A DNA stretch of 64,000 nt, taken from the sequence record NC_041917.1. One strand, 5' to 3'. Made by a program: the position numbers and the translations under genes. Under the pieces are notes generated by a model. The model worked only from the letters and a program-made list of their open reading frames with translations, ran no database searches and was not told the DNA's origin. This document shows, one piece after another, positions 20,826 to 31,032 of the stretch (position 1 is its first letter; every line of letters begins with the position of its first letter).

Positions 20826-21262
20826 GTAGATACGATATGCTTGCCAATTTTGAAGTTAATAATATGGTAAGAACGTTTGACGAATTTTATGAGTATCAAT
20901 CGGTACTTAATAATGAAAAGTATATGTGCTTTGGAAGTACTATTAAATTAGTAGATGATATTGTGGCATCAGTATCTATTAATAAGTACAATGAACATGT
21001 TCAGTACTTTGGTGTTTGGGATAACAGTTTAACACATGTAATTTTTAGCACCCAAGATGAAGGATTTGTACAGCTTTTTGATATTGATAGTATTTTGTCA
21101 AATGATTGTTTAAAAGAATTTATATCTATCAATGATATTGAAGATGCGGATTTAGAGCGTTTTAAACTAACACGTGAGAATATTATTGTACTTTTCAATT
21201 TACACAGTCAAATTCTGCAAAAATTGAAAAAAGATGAAACAATCCAAAAAAATGTGCTATAA
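20822..21262 (+). CDS. hypothetical protein
   Basis: coupled ORF. Confidence 0.75.
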   Translation: MSRYDMLANFEVNNMVRTFDEFYEYQSVLNNEKYMCFGSTIKLVDDIVASVSINKYNEHVQYFGVWDNSLTHVIFSTQDEGFVQLFDIDSILSNDCLKEFISINDIEDADLERFKLTRENIIVLFNLHSQILQKLKKDETIQKNVL

Positions 21263-21263
21263 T
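21235..21263 (+). promoter_or_regulatory. TGAAAC-class promoter
   Basis: TGAAAC-17-TATAAT before tRNA-Ser. Confidence 0.7.
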
Positions 21264-21273
21264 ATACACATAC

Positions 21274-21366
21274 GGTAGATTGGGTGAGTGGTTTAAACCA
21301 GCTTCCTGCTAAGAAGTCGGTCGCTCAAAAGGCGGCCCGTGGGTTCAAATCCCACATCTACCTCCA
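21274..21366 (+). tRNA. trnS: tRNA-Ser(GCT)
   Basis: cloverleaf, long variable arm, loop CT-GCT-AA, encoded CCA. Confidence 0.92.
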
Positions 21367-21393
21367 ATTAATCTTTTATTGAGATAATATAAA

Positions 21394-21705
21394 ATGTCTA
21401 AAATTTCTACATTGCGTCCTTGGGAAAAACCTGCTAATTTCAAAATGGATTCATCTGTATTTGAAGAATGGGTACGTGAAGCATTGGTACAACAATGTCT
21501 CGAAGATGAAAATATGTATGATTATTGTGATGGTGATTTTACCGGAGTTTTTAATTTGGATGATACGTTGTTCATTGATGGTTTCGTTGAAGAAGGTGAA
21601 ACCGAAGATGATGATGTTAATATTGATTTCATTAAGATTATCAAAGAACATTTACCAGCAGATTTTTCTGAAAAACGCATTGGGGTTTATTTCTGTAATG
21701 GCTAA
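21394..21705 (+). CDS. hypothetical protein
   Basis: ORF track. Confidence 0.75.
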   Translation: MSKISTLRPWEKPANFKMDSSVFEEWVREALVQQCLEDENMYDYCDGDFTGVFNLDDTLFIDGFVEEGETEDDDVNIDFIKIIKEHLPADFSEKRIGVYFCNG

Positions 21706-22114
21706 TATAAAATTAAAAGAGGAATTCTTACTACGTGAGGATGATTCTAAGCCAGTACAATATAGTATTGAACAAGGAGAACATGTGTTCTCCTATTTTG
21801 TTTGTACTTGTGCTGAAGAAGATAAAAAGTACTGGAAAGATAAATTGCATGATTATATGCCAGATTTTGATCCAGAAAAACACGCTGATATGATGAGTCA
21901 ACTTGTTATGGAACTTAATTGGTCTTATAATGGGTTTATTACAAGTATCGGTGCTGATCAATGGTTTGGTCTAAGCGTGGACTGTGCAATTTGGAATAAA
22001 GACCATACTGAACATGAAACTGTTATTATTTCCATGCAGTGCGATGAAGTACTTTTTGGTATGATAGCAGTACTCGAAATATTAAAAAAGGTTATTTCGG
22101 ATGAAGAAGATTAA
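21698..22114 (+). CDS. hypothetical protein
   Basis: start reassigned to ATG 21698. Confidence 0.75.
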   Translation: MANIKLKEEFLLREDDSKPVQYSIEQGEHVFSYFVCTCAEEDKKYWKDKLHDYMPDFDPEKHADMMSQLVMELNWSYNGFITSIGADQWFGLSVDCAIWNKDHTEHETVIISMQCDEVLFGMIAVLEILKKVISDEED

Positions 22115-22931
22115 ATGGTTAATTCAAGATACATCTAGGATGTATTCTGCCATTGAAGATGAAGTAACACCACTCAAAGCATTGGGGTTTGAGGTCATAC
22201 CATTTGGGATGATACCATTTACTGATACGATGACTGGTATTGATGATTTAGATCCTGATGATTTTTATATCATACGTGGTGGTACTAAAGTTGTACAACT
22301 TTTAGATTCTGGTGTTCCTGAAAATATCAGTCCAGAATTGATCAGCACCTTACGTAAAGGTATTTCTTATAATCAAAAAATGTTTGATCAAGCATATTAT
22401 TCTAGTAATTTACAGTTACCATTACTTAATAGTACGCCAACAATTTTAGATTTATCAAACGAAAAAGATTTATATGCATCATTTAGTATTCCAAAGTTTG
22501 TTAAACCTAGTTCTGATTTGAAAGCATTTACTGCTGGTATTATGGAAGAAGGTGAAGTTATAAAGTACTTCATTGAAAACCATTATCATCGAACTAATTA
22601 TGCAGAAGAAACTGCGTTAGTTCATGATGTTGTAGATATTGATGCAGAGTATCGTTTCATCTGTTTAAATGGTGAAGTGATTACAGGTTCAATGTACCGT
22701 AAAAATAACCAATTAGTATTAAGTTCAGAAATTCCTAAAATAGTACTTGACACGGCTGATGAATATGCGTTATTATATCGCCCAAGCGAAATTTACACTA
22801 TGGATTTAGCTGAAACACCCAACGGTATTAAAATCGTTGAGTATAATTGCTGGAATGGTTCAGGCTTGTATAAGATGGACACGATGAAACTTTTCAGTAC
22901 TATTCATGAATATTACAAAGGTAAACTATAA
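22101..22931 (+). CDS. ATP-grasp fold protein (DUF4343-like)
   Basis: FVKP, EYRFIC, MDLA and IVEYNCWNGSGLY motifs. Confidence 0.8.
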   Translation: MKKIKWLIQDTSRMYSAIEDEVTPLKALGFEVIPFGMIPFTDTMTGIDDLDPDDFYIIRGGTKVVQLLDSGVPENISPELISTLRKGISYNQKMFDQAYYSSNLQLPLLNSTPTILDLSNEKDLYASFSIPKFVKPSSDLKAFTAGIMEEGEVIKYFIENHYHRTNYAEETALVHDVVDIDAEYRFICLNGEVITGSMYRKNNQLVLSSEIPKIVLDTADEYALLYRPSEIYTMDLAETPNGIKIVEYNCWNGSGLYKMDTMKLFSTIHEYYKGKL

Positions 22932-24208
22932 TGGGTTCTTTCAATACTACATGTGCTGTAAGTAATACACCGATCCGTGAAGGCGACAAAGTACGTTTGT
23001 TCTTCTTACTTTCGCATCGATTTAGTTATAATTTTGATCCTTTGCGAAATTCTATTTCACAAGGTTGTCAGTGCTATCCTCATGATGATTTTACTGTAAT
23101 TGGTGGAATTTCATTAGAAGCTGAGTATACTGATTATAATACTTACTCGTTTGACCAAGAATCAATTTTTGCTAATTATATTCATTCTATTATTCTTCGT
23201 GATTATGAAATGAATGTTTCCGAAGAAGGTAAAGAATATAACCCATACCATGATCACATGGATGTACCAAAAAGTGATTTGACGTGGGAAAAAATTCAAG
23301 ATATGATGCATAGCGGTCGTCTACATCTTAGGAGTTATGGAAATTGTAACCTTCCATTTGTTACAACGATGGCAATTCATGAATCAGTTTATCAGATCAT
23401 GTTGAATGAACCATTTGAACGTTATATTGGTTATCCTGATGGAATGGATTATCGCTCTGACTTCCACCCCTATGAAACGGTTGATTTCAACAGCCTATTA
23501 GCAAATGAGTTGACAAAAAATAACTCGGAAGAAATTGAAAAGCGAACTCAAGAATTGATTGAGATATTCAAAGACAAATTTGAAGCTGAACCAGAAAAAG
23601 AAGATGAAATTCTTAATATGATTAAGCGTATGGTCAAACGTGAATTGAGTTCTCGCAGTGATAACGGTTATGAATATGCTTATGCTATTATGTCACCACT
23701 TGAAGAACTTCGTGAACTTGCAGAAACCAGTAAAACTGATGAAGAAAATGAAGTTGGATTCACCCCATTTACTGATGTGGATTTGATTTCAAAAACCTTC
23801 GAAGGACGTTTCTTTGATGGTCGCATGTACACTCACAATATCATGTACAGGCCAATCATCACTTCTGGTCAAGAACACGATCTAACCAGTGATGGTATTT
23901 TCTGGATGAAAGTTGGTGCGGCATTAATGACCATTAATGACCGTTGGGAATCCGAAGAACATTTTGGTACTACCAAATATTCTGAACAATGGCAAGAAAT
24001 GACATATGATCAAATGATTGCGGGAATTAAAGAGTGGTATGAAGAAACTGATGAAGAATATTCAGATTTTGTAACTTCATTAAATGAATTGTTCAAAGAT
24101 AAACATGAAATTGAAATTAAGGTTGAAGATTTTAAAAACCCTGAATACAAATTTATTTCTATGTATATCTGGAACAAGATGCTACCGTTGCGTATTTTGA
24201 AAAATTAA
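22931..24208 (+). CDS. hypothetical protein
   Basis: 425 aa ORF, MGSFNTTC start. Confidence 0.85.
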   Translation: MGSFNTTCAVSNTPIREGDKVRLFFLLSHRFSYNFDPLRNSISQGCQCYPHDDFTVIGGISLEAEYTDYNTYSFDQESIFANYIHSIILRDYEMNVSEEGKEYNPYHDHMDVPKSDLTWEKIQDMMHSGRLHLRSYGNCNLPFVTTMAIHESVYQIMLNEPFERYIGYPDGMDYRSDFHPYETVDFNSLLANELTKNNSEEIEKRTQELIEIFKDKFEAEPEKEDEILNMIKRMVKRELSSRSDNGYEYAYAIMSPLEELRELAETSKTDEENEVGFTPFTDVDLISKTFEGRFFDGRMYTHNIMYRPIITSGQEHDLTSDGIFWMKVGAALMTINDRWESEEHFGTTKYSEQWQEMTYDQMIAGIKEWYEETDEEYSDFVTSLNELFKDKHEIEIKVEDFKNPEYKFISMYIWNKMLPLRILKN

Positions 24209-24331
24209 CAAAAAGTGCTTGACACGGATATAGAATTGTGTTTTAATATCCGTGTTGAGCAATAAAGCTCCATTTTTAATTTATATAGTGCAGTACTTAC
24301 CCATTGTTCAACAAAGTAACAGGAAAACTTA

Positions 24332-25501
24332 ATGTATAATCAAAGTGGTGATATTATCCAAATTGCTCGTGAATTTGGAAACAAGATTGATGTTCTACCA
24401 GCAGCAACTTACACAGTAGAACAAAATCCACAAACTGGTGAATTTTACCTAATGAAGTCTAATCCATTTACTCGCCCATCTAAAGTATATGGTGAAATGA
24501 CAAATCGTAATGAGAAAGTAATCAATACTTTCCTATCACGTGAAGGTAAAAATACTGGTGTACTACTAAGTGGTACAAAGGGTGCAGGTAAAACTCAGTT
24601 AGCAAAAGATGTTAGTATTGCATTGCTTGAAAAGGGAATCCCTACGATCATCGTTCAGAACTGTTATACCTGTGGTGGTTTCATTAACTTCATCAAAGCT
24701 ATTGAAGATAAAGCATTAGTTCTGTTTGATGAATTTGAAAAAGTTTATAGTGAACGTGAAGAACAAGAAGCAATTTTGACGCTACTTGACGGTACTGGTT
24801 CATACAATAAGTTGTATATTCTAACCTCAAACAATCGTCAAGTTTCTGAGTTCCTACGTAACCGTCCTAGCCGTATCTTCTATCACTTCGAATACAAGAA
24901 GCTAAGCAAACCAGTTATGTTTGATCTTCTTAATGACAAGTTGGTAAACAAAAACTACATTCCACAGTTTGATACGTTGTGGGAAGTTGCAGAAACTGTT
25001 AGCTTCGATATGATTCAATGTCTAATTGAAGAACTAAACCGTTATCCAACTCAGACGTTCACTGAAACATTCCGTGAATTGAATGTGGAAGTTGAAGCTC
25101 GTGATGGTAATGCATTCCTACTTTCTGAATTTACTTTAGATGGTAAAGAAGTTAAGTTCGATGCAGAAAATTACAACCACTTCACTACTTTCTCCTTTAT
25201 GGCTAAGTATGATGACTTCCGTGTGTACTTGTTCGCAGAAGAAGGCACAATGCTAGAAGAACTTAAAGCAATCGAAGCTCGTGAATACGACAACGATTAT
25301 GATGAAGACGAAGACGAAGAAGGTGAAAAACAACTTCGTGAAATCCAGTACTTTATCAATCTTGAGTTCAGCAAGGCAGATACTGTTGTAAATAGTACTG
25401 GCGTTACTATCGACCGTGATCTAAATGGTGTAAAACTTCACGCTAAGTTCGTGAAAGCTGAATCACCAGATGTGATCGAAACCATGTTCGATGGTAAATA
25501 A
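24332..25501 (+). CDS. AAA+ ATPase
   Basis: Walker A GTKGAGKT, Walker B VLFDEFEK, TSN, LRNRPSR. Confidence 0.9.
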   Translation: MYNQSGDIIQIAREFGNKIDVLPAATYTVEQNPQTGEFYLMKSNPFTRPSKVYGEMTNRNEKVINTFLSREGKNTGVLLSGTKGAGKTQLAKDVSIALLEKGIPTIIVQNCYTCGGFINFIKAIEDKALVLFDEFEKVYSEREEQEAILTLLDGTGSYNKLYILTSNNRQVSEFLRNRPSRIFYHFEYKKLSKPVMFDLLNDKLVNKNYIPQFDTLWEVAETVSFDMIQCLIEELNRYPTQTFTETFRELNVEVEARDGNAFLLSEFTLDGKEVKFDAENYNHFTTFSFMAKYDDFRVYLFAEEGTMLEELKAIEAREYDNDYDEDEDEEGEKQLREIQYFINLEFSKADTVVNSTGVTIDRDLNGVKLHAKFVKAESPDVIETMFDGK

Positions 25502-25510
25502 ATAACAATA

Positions 25511-25735
25511 GGGAAAGGAATTGTTAGTACTTGTACTTCCCCCTTTCCCGTATTGGATACCAAGGACTTCACCCTACTCAACGATGGTGAAATACCGGCT
25601 TCCCCTAAGCATATTGAGACAAAACCAGACGGTTACTCTCTTTGGTGTGGCTGAAAGGCTTTCGGGGCTTGTTTGCAGTCAAGGTGCAAAAACTGAAGTG
25701 GTTATGCTGGTGGACGCACTATAAATAACTGCGGG
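25511..25735 (+). ncRNA. candidate structured RNA upstream of tRNA-Trp
   Basis: GC-richer region with several hairpins and no credible ORF. Confidence 0.35.
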
Positions 25736-25738
25736 TCT

Positions 25739-25809
25739 AGGAGATTGGCCGATTGGTCAGGCAGCGGATTCCAAATCCGTCTAGGTGGGTTCAATTCCTA
25801 CATCTCCTG
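25739..25809 (+). tRNA. trnW: tRNA-Trp(CCA)
   Basis: AGGAGAT/ATCTCCT acceptor, loop TT-CCA-AA. Confidence 0.85.
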
Positions 25810-25878
25810 CAAATTTTACTTGACATATTATGTAAATTAATGATATATTATCCCTATCTTAAACGGTAGGGATTTTTT

Positions 25879-26349
25879 ATGAATCTAGTAACGAATGATG
25901 GACATAAAGTTTATTATAGTGCATATCACTTAAAAGTACATGCTGATGTTTGTGAGTACTTAGAAGAAGCAATAAGTACTATTAATACGCATTCTGCACC
26001 ATTTATTAAGATAGCTGTCCAATTCGATAAAATTATTGGACAAAGTACATGTGTCAACGTTTGTAATGGTGATGAATTTAAATATGCTAAACGTATTGGA
26101 CGTAAATATCCTACTCGGTTTGTATTAAATCGTGAACCAGAACCATGTAGTACAGTCACCGTTATTATGAAACGTACTCCCAATAGTGATAAGTACGGAT
26201 ATACCCTATTGACAGCATATATTGGTGGGTTAGCAACCAAAGAAGTGCATGATCCTAAACTAACTTATGAAGAAGCTCATGAGGCACATGAGTTTTGGAA
26301 TTCACATGCATTGATTTGGGATGAATCAATTATTGAACAGACGGCGTAA
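25879..26349 (+). CDS. conserved hypothetical phage protein
   Basis: ORF track. Confidence 0.8.
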   Translation: MNLVTNDGHKVYYSAYHLKVHADVCEYLEEAISTINTHSAPFIKIAVQFDKIIGQSTCVNVCNGDEFKYAKRIGRKYPTRFVLNREPEPCSTVTVIMKRTPNSDKYGYTLLTAYIGGLATKEVHDPKLTYEEAHEAHEFWNSHALIWDESIIEQTA

Positions 26350-26378
26350 GCCGTCTTTCTTATTAAAGGAAAGGTTAT

Positions 26379-26960
26379 ATGAGTTATGGCTATTGTCCGT
26401 ACTGTGCAGCGAAGGGTGTTAACAGTGCACGAAATCCAATCGGACCAACAATTTGTGAAAATGGTCACGAATATCCACATGCATTAAGACAGCCTACACC
26501 AACAATATTGTTCAAAAAAGCAGTTAAACCTTTGCGTATCTATGTTGATATGGATGGTGTTATTGCGGATTTTGAAGAACACTTAGATGGTCGTAATCCT
26601 AAAGTAGTAAAATTACTACCAGGAACCTATATTAGTCTGAAACCAATGATCGGTGCTATTGATGCAGTACGATTATTGATTGAAGCTGGGCATGACGTGT
26701 TTTTGGCAACAAAGATTCCAACACATAACGTTCTTGCTGCAACTGAAAAATTACACTGGATTAATCAACATTTTCCAGAAATGATTGCAAAAACAATTAT
26801 CACACCAGACAAAGGTTGTTTGCGTGGTGATATTCTCATTGATGATCGCAAGCATAAAGCAAATTGCGAAGGATTCGAAGGAACTTTCATTCACTTCGGA
26901 ACCGAAGAATTCCCATCATGGGAAGAAGTACTTAAATTTATAGAGGGAATGCAATGTTAA
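26379..26960 (+). CDS. 5'(3')-deoxyribonucleotidase (HAD) with N-terminal Zn-ribbon
   Basis: YVDMDGVIADF, GDILIDDR; N-terminal CPYC..CENGH. Confidence 0.85.
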   Translation: MSYGYCPYCAAKGVNSARNPIGPTICENGHEYPHALRQPTPTILFKKAVKPLRIYVDMDGVIADFEEHLDGRNPKVVKLLPGTYISLKPMIGAIDAVRLLIEAGHDVFLATKIPTHNVLAATEKLHWINQHFPEMIAKTIITPDKGCLRGDILIDDRKHKANCEGFEGTFIHFGTEEFPSWEEVLKFIEGMQC

Positions 26961-27508
26961 AAGAAGTACAAGATATTATTCAGCGTATCGCTGATGTTCT
27001 AAAAGATAATAATGATTTCAGTACTGAAATTTTTGATGAAGGTGTTGGTATTCAAGTCATTTCCCGTAATGGTCCAGCTAATAACTATCACGGTTATGAA
27101 TTGTATCTTATGGAAGAAGTAGTTAAATCATTAGGTCATACTCTTGATTTTAAGATCATTGATGGTGATGAATTTAAACGCTTTGTAGTGACAACTGATG
27201 CTAACTTTAATCTACAATCGTATATTAATAGTACTAATCTCAAGTTACGTTCATTGAGTACTGATGAACTACAAGTAGTATATATTTGTGAAAAGCTTAC
27301 TGATGATAGTCGTGGTGAATTCAGTATTCTAACGGCTTACACCAATGGTACATGGACACGCTGTGATATTACTAAAGCCGAATTGCTTTATGCAGCAGTG
27401 AATAACCTTCCAATTGAAGCTAATGAAAATGGTATCTATTGGTATCCAAAGCTAATTGAAATGAATGGCGTATTCTTTGATGAACTTTCAGAGGTCGCTA
27501 ACGGGTGA
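26954..27508 (+). CDS. hypothetical protein
   Basis: coupled ORF. Confidence 0.8.
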   Translation: MLKEVQDIIQRIADVLKDNNDFSTEIFDEGVGIQVISRNGPANNYHGYELYLMEEVVKSLGHTLDFKIIDGDEFKRFVVTTDANFNLQSYINSTNLKLRSLSTDELQVVYICEKLTDDSRGEFSILTAYTNGTWTRCDITKAELLYAAVNNLPIEANENGIYWYPKLIEMNGVFFDELSEVANG

Positions 27509-27536
27509 TGAAAATCACCTTTTTTAATTAAAAAAA

Positions 27537-27565
27537 TGAAACACTAAAAAAAATTGTGGTATAAT
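27537..27565 (+). promoter_or_regulatory. TGAAAC-class promoter
   Basis: TGAAAC-12-TGTGGTATAAT. Confidence 0.75.
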
Positions 27566-27603
27566 ATACACATAGACAAGATGAGACATTGGAGAATCAG
27601 CAA

Positions 27604-28182
27604 ATGAAAATTACCTTACGTAAAGCACACCGTTTAGTAAAAGAATTACAATCAAAAGTATCAGTACGTTTTGAACAAAAAGATGTACACCATTCAGCTA
27701 CAGACGATGAAGTACGTGCGGTAGTTGCAGAAACCCAATCTGCAAGTTTCCAATCCGTTGAAAAAGCGTTGAAAGTTCAAGAAGCAATTTTTGACATTCG
27801 TAAATCTTTGCAAGATGCAAACGCTAAAGATGTTGATGGTAACACCGTTGATTCTCTATTGAACCGAAAAGTTCTAGTAGAAGCACAAATGAAGGTTCTA
27901 TCTTCATTCCGTGAACCATCTAAGACTAAAGACGAAGAAGTGTTGAATAAAATTCTTCGTGAAGTAAAAGACAACCATGAAAGTACGTCCGAGTATCGTA
28001 GCACGTATACACGTGTTAGTGGGTTGTCATCTGTTATGCATGACAATTTGAATACGCTTTACGTGACGTTAAAGCAAGAACAAGAAACAGTTAGTGATAA
28101 ACTAGCTTATATCAATAATAAACTTGAAATCGAAGTTGATGACAAGTACAAAGAATTGTTTAAAGAACTTCAAGTTCTTTAA
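27604..28182 (+). CDS. coiled-coil hypothetical protein
   Basis: MKITLRKAHRL start. Confidence 0.85.
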   Translation: MKITLRKAHRLVKELQSKVSVRFEQKDVHHSATDDEVRAVVAETQSASFQSVEKALKVQEAIFDIRKSLQDANAKDVDGNTVDSLLNRKVLVEAQMKVLSSFREPSKTKDEEVLNKILREVKDNHESTSEYRSTYTRVSGLSSVMHDNLNTLYVTLKQEQETVSDKLAYINNKLEIEVDDKYKELFKELQVL

Positions 28183-28188
28183 TAAACA

Positions 28189-28434
28189 GAGTAAGAGAGA
28201 AGTCGCTTAACTCACTCTCTTACTCCCTTGCCTAAGAAGCCCATCGAATGAATTTTCGATGATATTATTTTTCTTACAAAAGAAAAATGGTCAATTACGC
28301 TAACGTAATTAAGATAAAGAGTTTGCTCCGTTTATACTAAACAGATACTATATCTTGCTTGGTTGTAGAAACGGTTTAACTCGATTGTATGGTTGCATGA
28401 TTGCATTGTTGAACGGTTGCTTCGCTTCTTAGGC
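28189..28434 (+). ncRNA. structured 3'-UTR / candidate ncRNA
   Basis: 11-bp hairpin 28189-28225; perfect 11-bp long-range stem 28230-40/28424-34 enclosing 3 hairpins. Confidence 0.55.
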
Positions 28435-28482
28435 ACAATCTTTTTGTTACGTTTTTATATTGATAAATAAAAATGTAACGCT

Positions 28483-28554
28483 GGTTGGTTCATATAAAGG
28501 CTATTATGGCGGTTTTGTAATCCGTTCATCAGGGTTCGAGTCCCTGACTAACCA
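28483..28554 (+). tRNA. trnT: tRNA-Thr(TGT)
   Basis: GGTTGGT/ACTAACC acceptor, loop TT-TGT-AA, canonical T arm. Confidence 0.75.
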
Positions 28555-28585
28555 CAAAATAATAAGTACTACAAAAGGCATAATA

Positions 28586-28924
28586 ATGACTGAACAACAA
28601 CGTATTGAAGTGTTAGATATGTTTCCAAATATCTATAATGAATTATTTGAATGTAAACAAGACATTGCAAATAGCTTTTGTATTGATATTGAAGTACTAG
28701 AAAATAAACAAATATTGTACGCATTTTATGAATATGAAGATTATTCAGGTTCAGCATCTGTACTGTATTATGATCCTGATTTTCAATCATTCTTTGAAGT
28801 ACATGGTGGACACTGCTCATGTTATGGATTAGAAGGTCAATGGGAACCAGAAGAAATTAATCGTGATTTCAATAAATTTAAAGAATATGTAACTCGTCAA
28901 GGTTATGGTAAACGTAGTTATTAA
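28586..28924 (+). CDS. conserved hypothetical phage protein
   Basis: YEDYSGS and GGHCSCYGLEGQW motifs; start moved past the tRNA. Confidence 0.8.
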   Translation: MTEQQRIEVLDMFPNIYNELFECKQDIANSFCIDIEVLENKQILYAFYEYEDYSGSASVLYYDPDFQSFFEVHGGHCSCYGLEGQWEPEEINRDFNKFKEYVTRQGYGKRSY

Positions 28925-29105
28925 AAAGAATTTCTCTCGAAAGAGAGCGTAGGGTGGCCTGTAGTTTGGGCTGGCGTAAGATGGCGACTATACTCTGTAT
29001 AGTTTCGATGATGAGACACAGCTATATGCTGTCACCGAACGGGAAGTTCTGAGGCATGTCAGCCAAGAAACAGAAAGACATACTGTACTGAAGATTCAGT
29101 ACAAT

Positions 29106-29224
29106 CGGGAATTGGTGTAATGGCAGCACAACGTTATAACATAAATTCTTGTACAGGAATTTCACAGCAACCAATACAATTGCATAGGGAGCCGTGAGAT
29201 AAGGTTCGATTCCTTGATTCCCGA
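29106..29224 (+). tRNA. interrupted tRNA with ACAGCAA element in anticodon arm (isotype uncertain, possibly Ala TGC)
   Basis: intact acceptor, D and T arms; insert has hairpin AAATTC/GAATTT then ACAGCAA at 29164. Confidence 0.7.
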
Positions 29225-29431
29225 CTAATTAACTAAACCAGCACATTGCTGGTTTTTTCATTTCTGGAGTTTTATAATGAAGATATTAAAGTTACACAAA
29301 ACTGTAGGATATATTAAAATTACATTATTAAAAAATAATCCACAATATGGCGGTCGCTGTGATACGTGTGGAAGATATGATAATGATGGTGGCCCACTAT
29401 GTGGTAATGTTTTTTGTCCAGGAGGAAACTG

Positions 29432-29686
29432 ATGAATCCTAATGATTTAAATAATTCCGAAAAATATACATGGTGTTATACATGGTCTGATCTTCGTGAG
29501 AACTATGATAAGCTAAAACTTGTCAATCAAGAATTTATTGAATTGCATGGGTTTGCAATTCCTGATGATGTTAAAGTTGGTGATGTTTTTGTAGTAGTTG
29601 AACTGACTGAAGATCATGGTACTCGTGTTGATCGTGGTTTCGTTATTCCTCGTCATTATCTTGACTTCTTTGAGGCAAACTGCTAA
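29432..29686 (+). CDS. hypothetical protein
   Basis: SD GGAGG. Confidence 0.7.
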   Translation: MNPNDLNNSEKYTWCYTWSDLRENYDKLKLVNQEFIELHGFAIPDDVKVGDVFVVVELTEDHGTRVDRGFVIPRHYLDFFEANC

Positions 29687-30474
29687 TGCACTTTTTAATA
29701 ATGGACAAATACTTTAATGAAGAAGGATTCCGTGTAATGAAAGATTACATGGTACAACATAATATATCCCATACTTCAGTAAAACCTGTCCCTGTACTTA
29801 ATATATTCGTTCCTGAAGATGTTAATGATTATTCAGACGCTTCATATGAGAAGTATTTTGATAAATCTGTACCAACTATGTCATTTGGAAGCTATGCATT
29901 AGCTAATCAACTTATACAAGAAGGATATACTCCTGGTGGTTATATTAATGAGAACTTTAATATAAAAGTACAAATGGAACATTGGGGATTAGATAGTTTT
30001 CTTAATGGAATGGCTATTTTTGGGACGTTAGAAAATATGACTGCTCCTGATTGGAAACGTATTTTTATTCGTCCAGTACACGATACTAAACAAATGTTGG
30101 CTACCGTTATTGAAAAAGAAAACTTTGATTATTCTTTAGAACTATTTCGTTATGGTAAAGAACCAGGATTTGAAATTATGATCTCTGAATTTAAAGAAAT
30201 TAAAGCAGAGTTTCGTTTGTTTATTGTTCATGGTAAAGTTGTTGCACATTCATTATATAAGTTGAATGGTTCAGTTTGTATTGCATCATCTGTTCCTGAA
30301 GAAATAATTACAAAAGCAGAAGAACTATGTAATATTTGGACACCTGCTGATGCGTTCGTAATGGATTTTGCCGAAACTGTTGACGGATTTAAAGTACTCG
30401 AAGTTAATAACATAAACTGTGCTGGATTCTATGCATGTGATATTCCTTCAATTGTTGAGGCATTTATAAAATGA
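29686..30474 (+). CDS. ATP-grasp fold protein (DUF4343-like), paralog 2
   Basis: FIRP, EFRLFIV, VMDFA and VLEVNNINCAGFY motifs. Confidence 0.8.
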   Translation: MHFLIMDKYFNEEGFRVMKDYMVQHNISHTSVKPVPVLNIFVPEDVNDYSDASYEKYFDKSVPTMSFGSYALANQLIQEGYTPGGYINENFNIKVQMEHWGLDSFLNGMAIFGTLENMTAPDWKRIFIRPVHDTKQMLATVIEKENFDYSLELFRYGKEPGFEIMISEFKEIKAEFRLFIVHGKVVAHSLYKLNGSVCIASSVPEEIITKAEELCNIWTPADAFVMDFAETVDGFKVLEVNNINCAGFYACDIPSIVEAFIK

Positions 30475-30839
30475 AAAATCATTTGAACGAGTACTTTGAA
30501 GGATTAGATAATCTCATATTTGAATTTTATGAAACTATAAATCAAAATATTAGTTCAAAAACAATAACTATTCAGATGACTTTTTTATATAATAAGCATA
30601 TAAATTTTCATTATAATATTGAAAATGACGAATTAGTTATAGAAGATTTTGTTGATAAAATAAAATTAAAATATCCAAATTTCTCAAAACTTCAAGATGA
30701 AGCTTATCATTTTCAAAAAATGACAGTATGGCCTCATATTAGTTTTGAATGTACTGAAGTTGAGAAATTTATGATTGAAATTGAAAGGATTAAAAATGAA
30801 ACCAAATTTACCCCAAGAGCCAAATCCGAATTTGATTGA
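30471..30839 (+). CDS. hypothetical protein, EExxFQ paralog family
   Basis: QDEAYHFQKMT motif. Confidence 0.7.
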   Translation: MKNHLNEYFEGLDNLIFEFYETINQNISSKTITIQMTFLYNKHINFHYNIENDELVIEDFVDKIKLKYPNFSKLQDEAYHFQKMTVWPHISFECTEVEKFMIEIERIKNETKFTPRAKSEFD

Positions 30840-31032
30840 AAGTATGTGTATGCGTTTTGATCACTCACATGGTATTAGATCTCTACGTATGAAAGATGGT
30901 AAGTACGATGTTGAAACGGAAGAAGAATTTGAACGTAGGCGAGATTCGAATCGTAGAGTAATGCGGCAATTGTATGAAGAAGTATCTGGTTATGGATTTT
31001 ACCAATATCCAAAGGATAGTACTGATGAATGA
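30796..31032 (+). CDS. hypothetical protein
   Basis: SD AAGGA. Confidence 0.75.
   Translation: MKPNLPQEPNPNLIESMCMRFDHSHGIRSLRMKDGKYDVETEEEFERRRDSNRRVMRQLYEEVSGYGFYQYPKDSTDE

Noticed and set aside
24222-24258. Inverted repeat overlapping the promoter of the AAA ATPase
   Set aside because: It could be an operator or simply a terminator for the upstream operon; a single instance is not enough to call.
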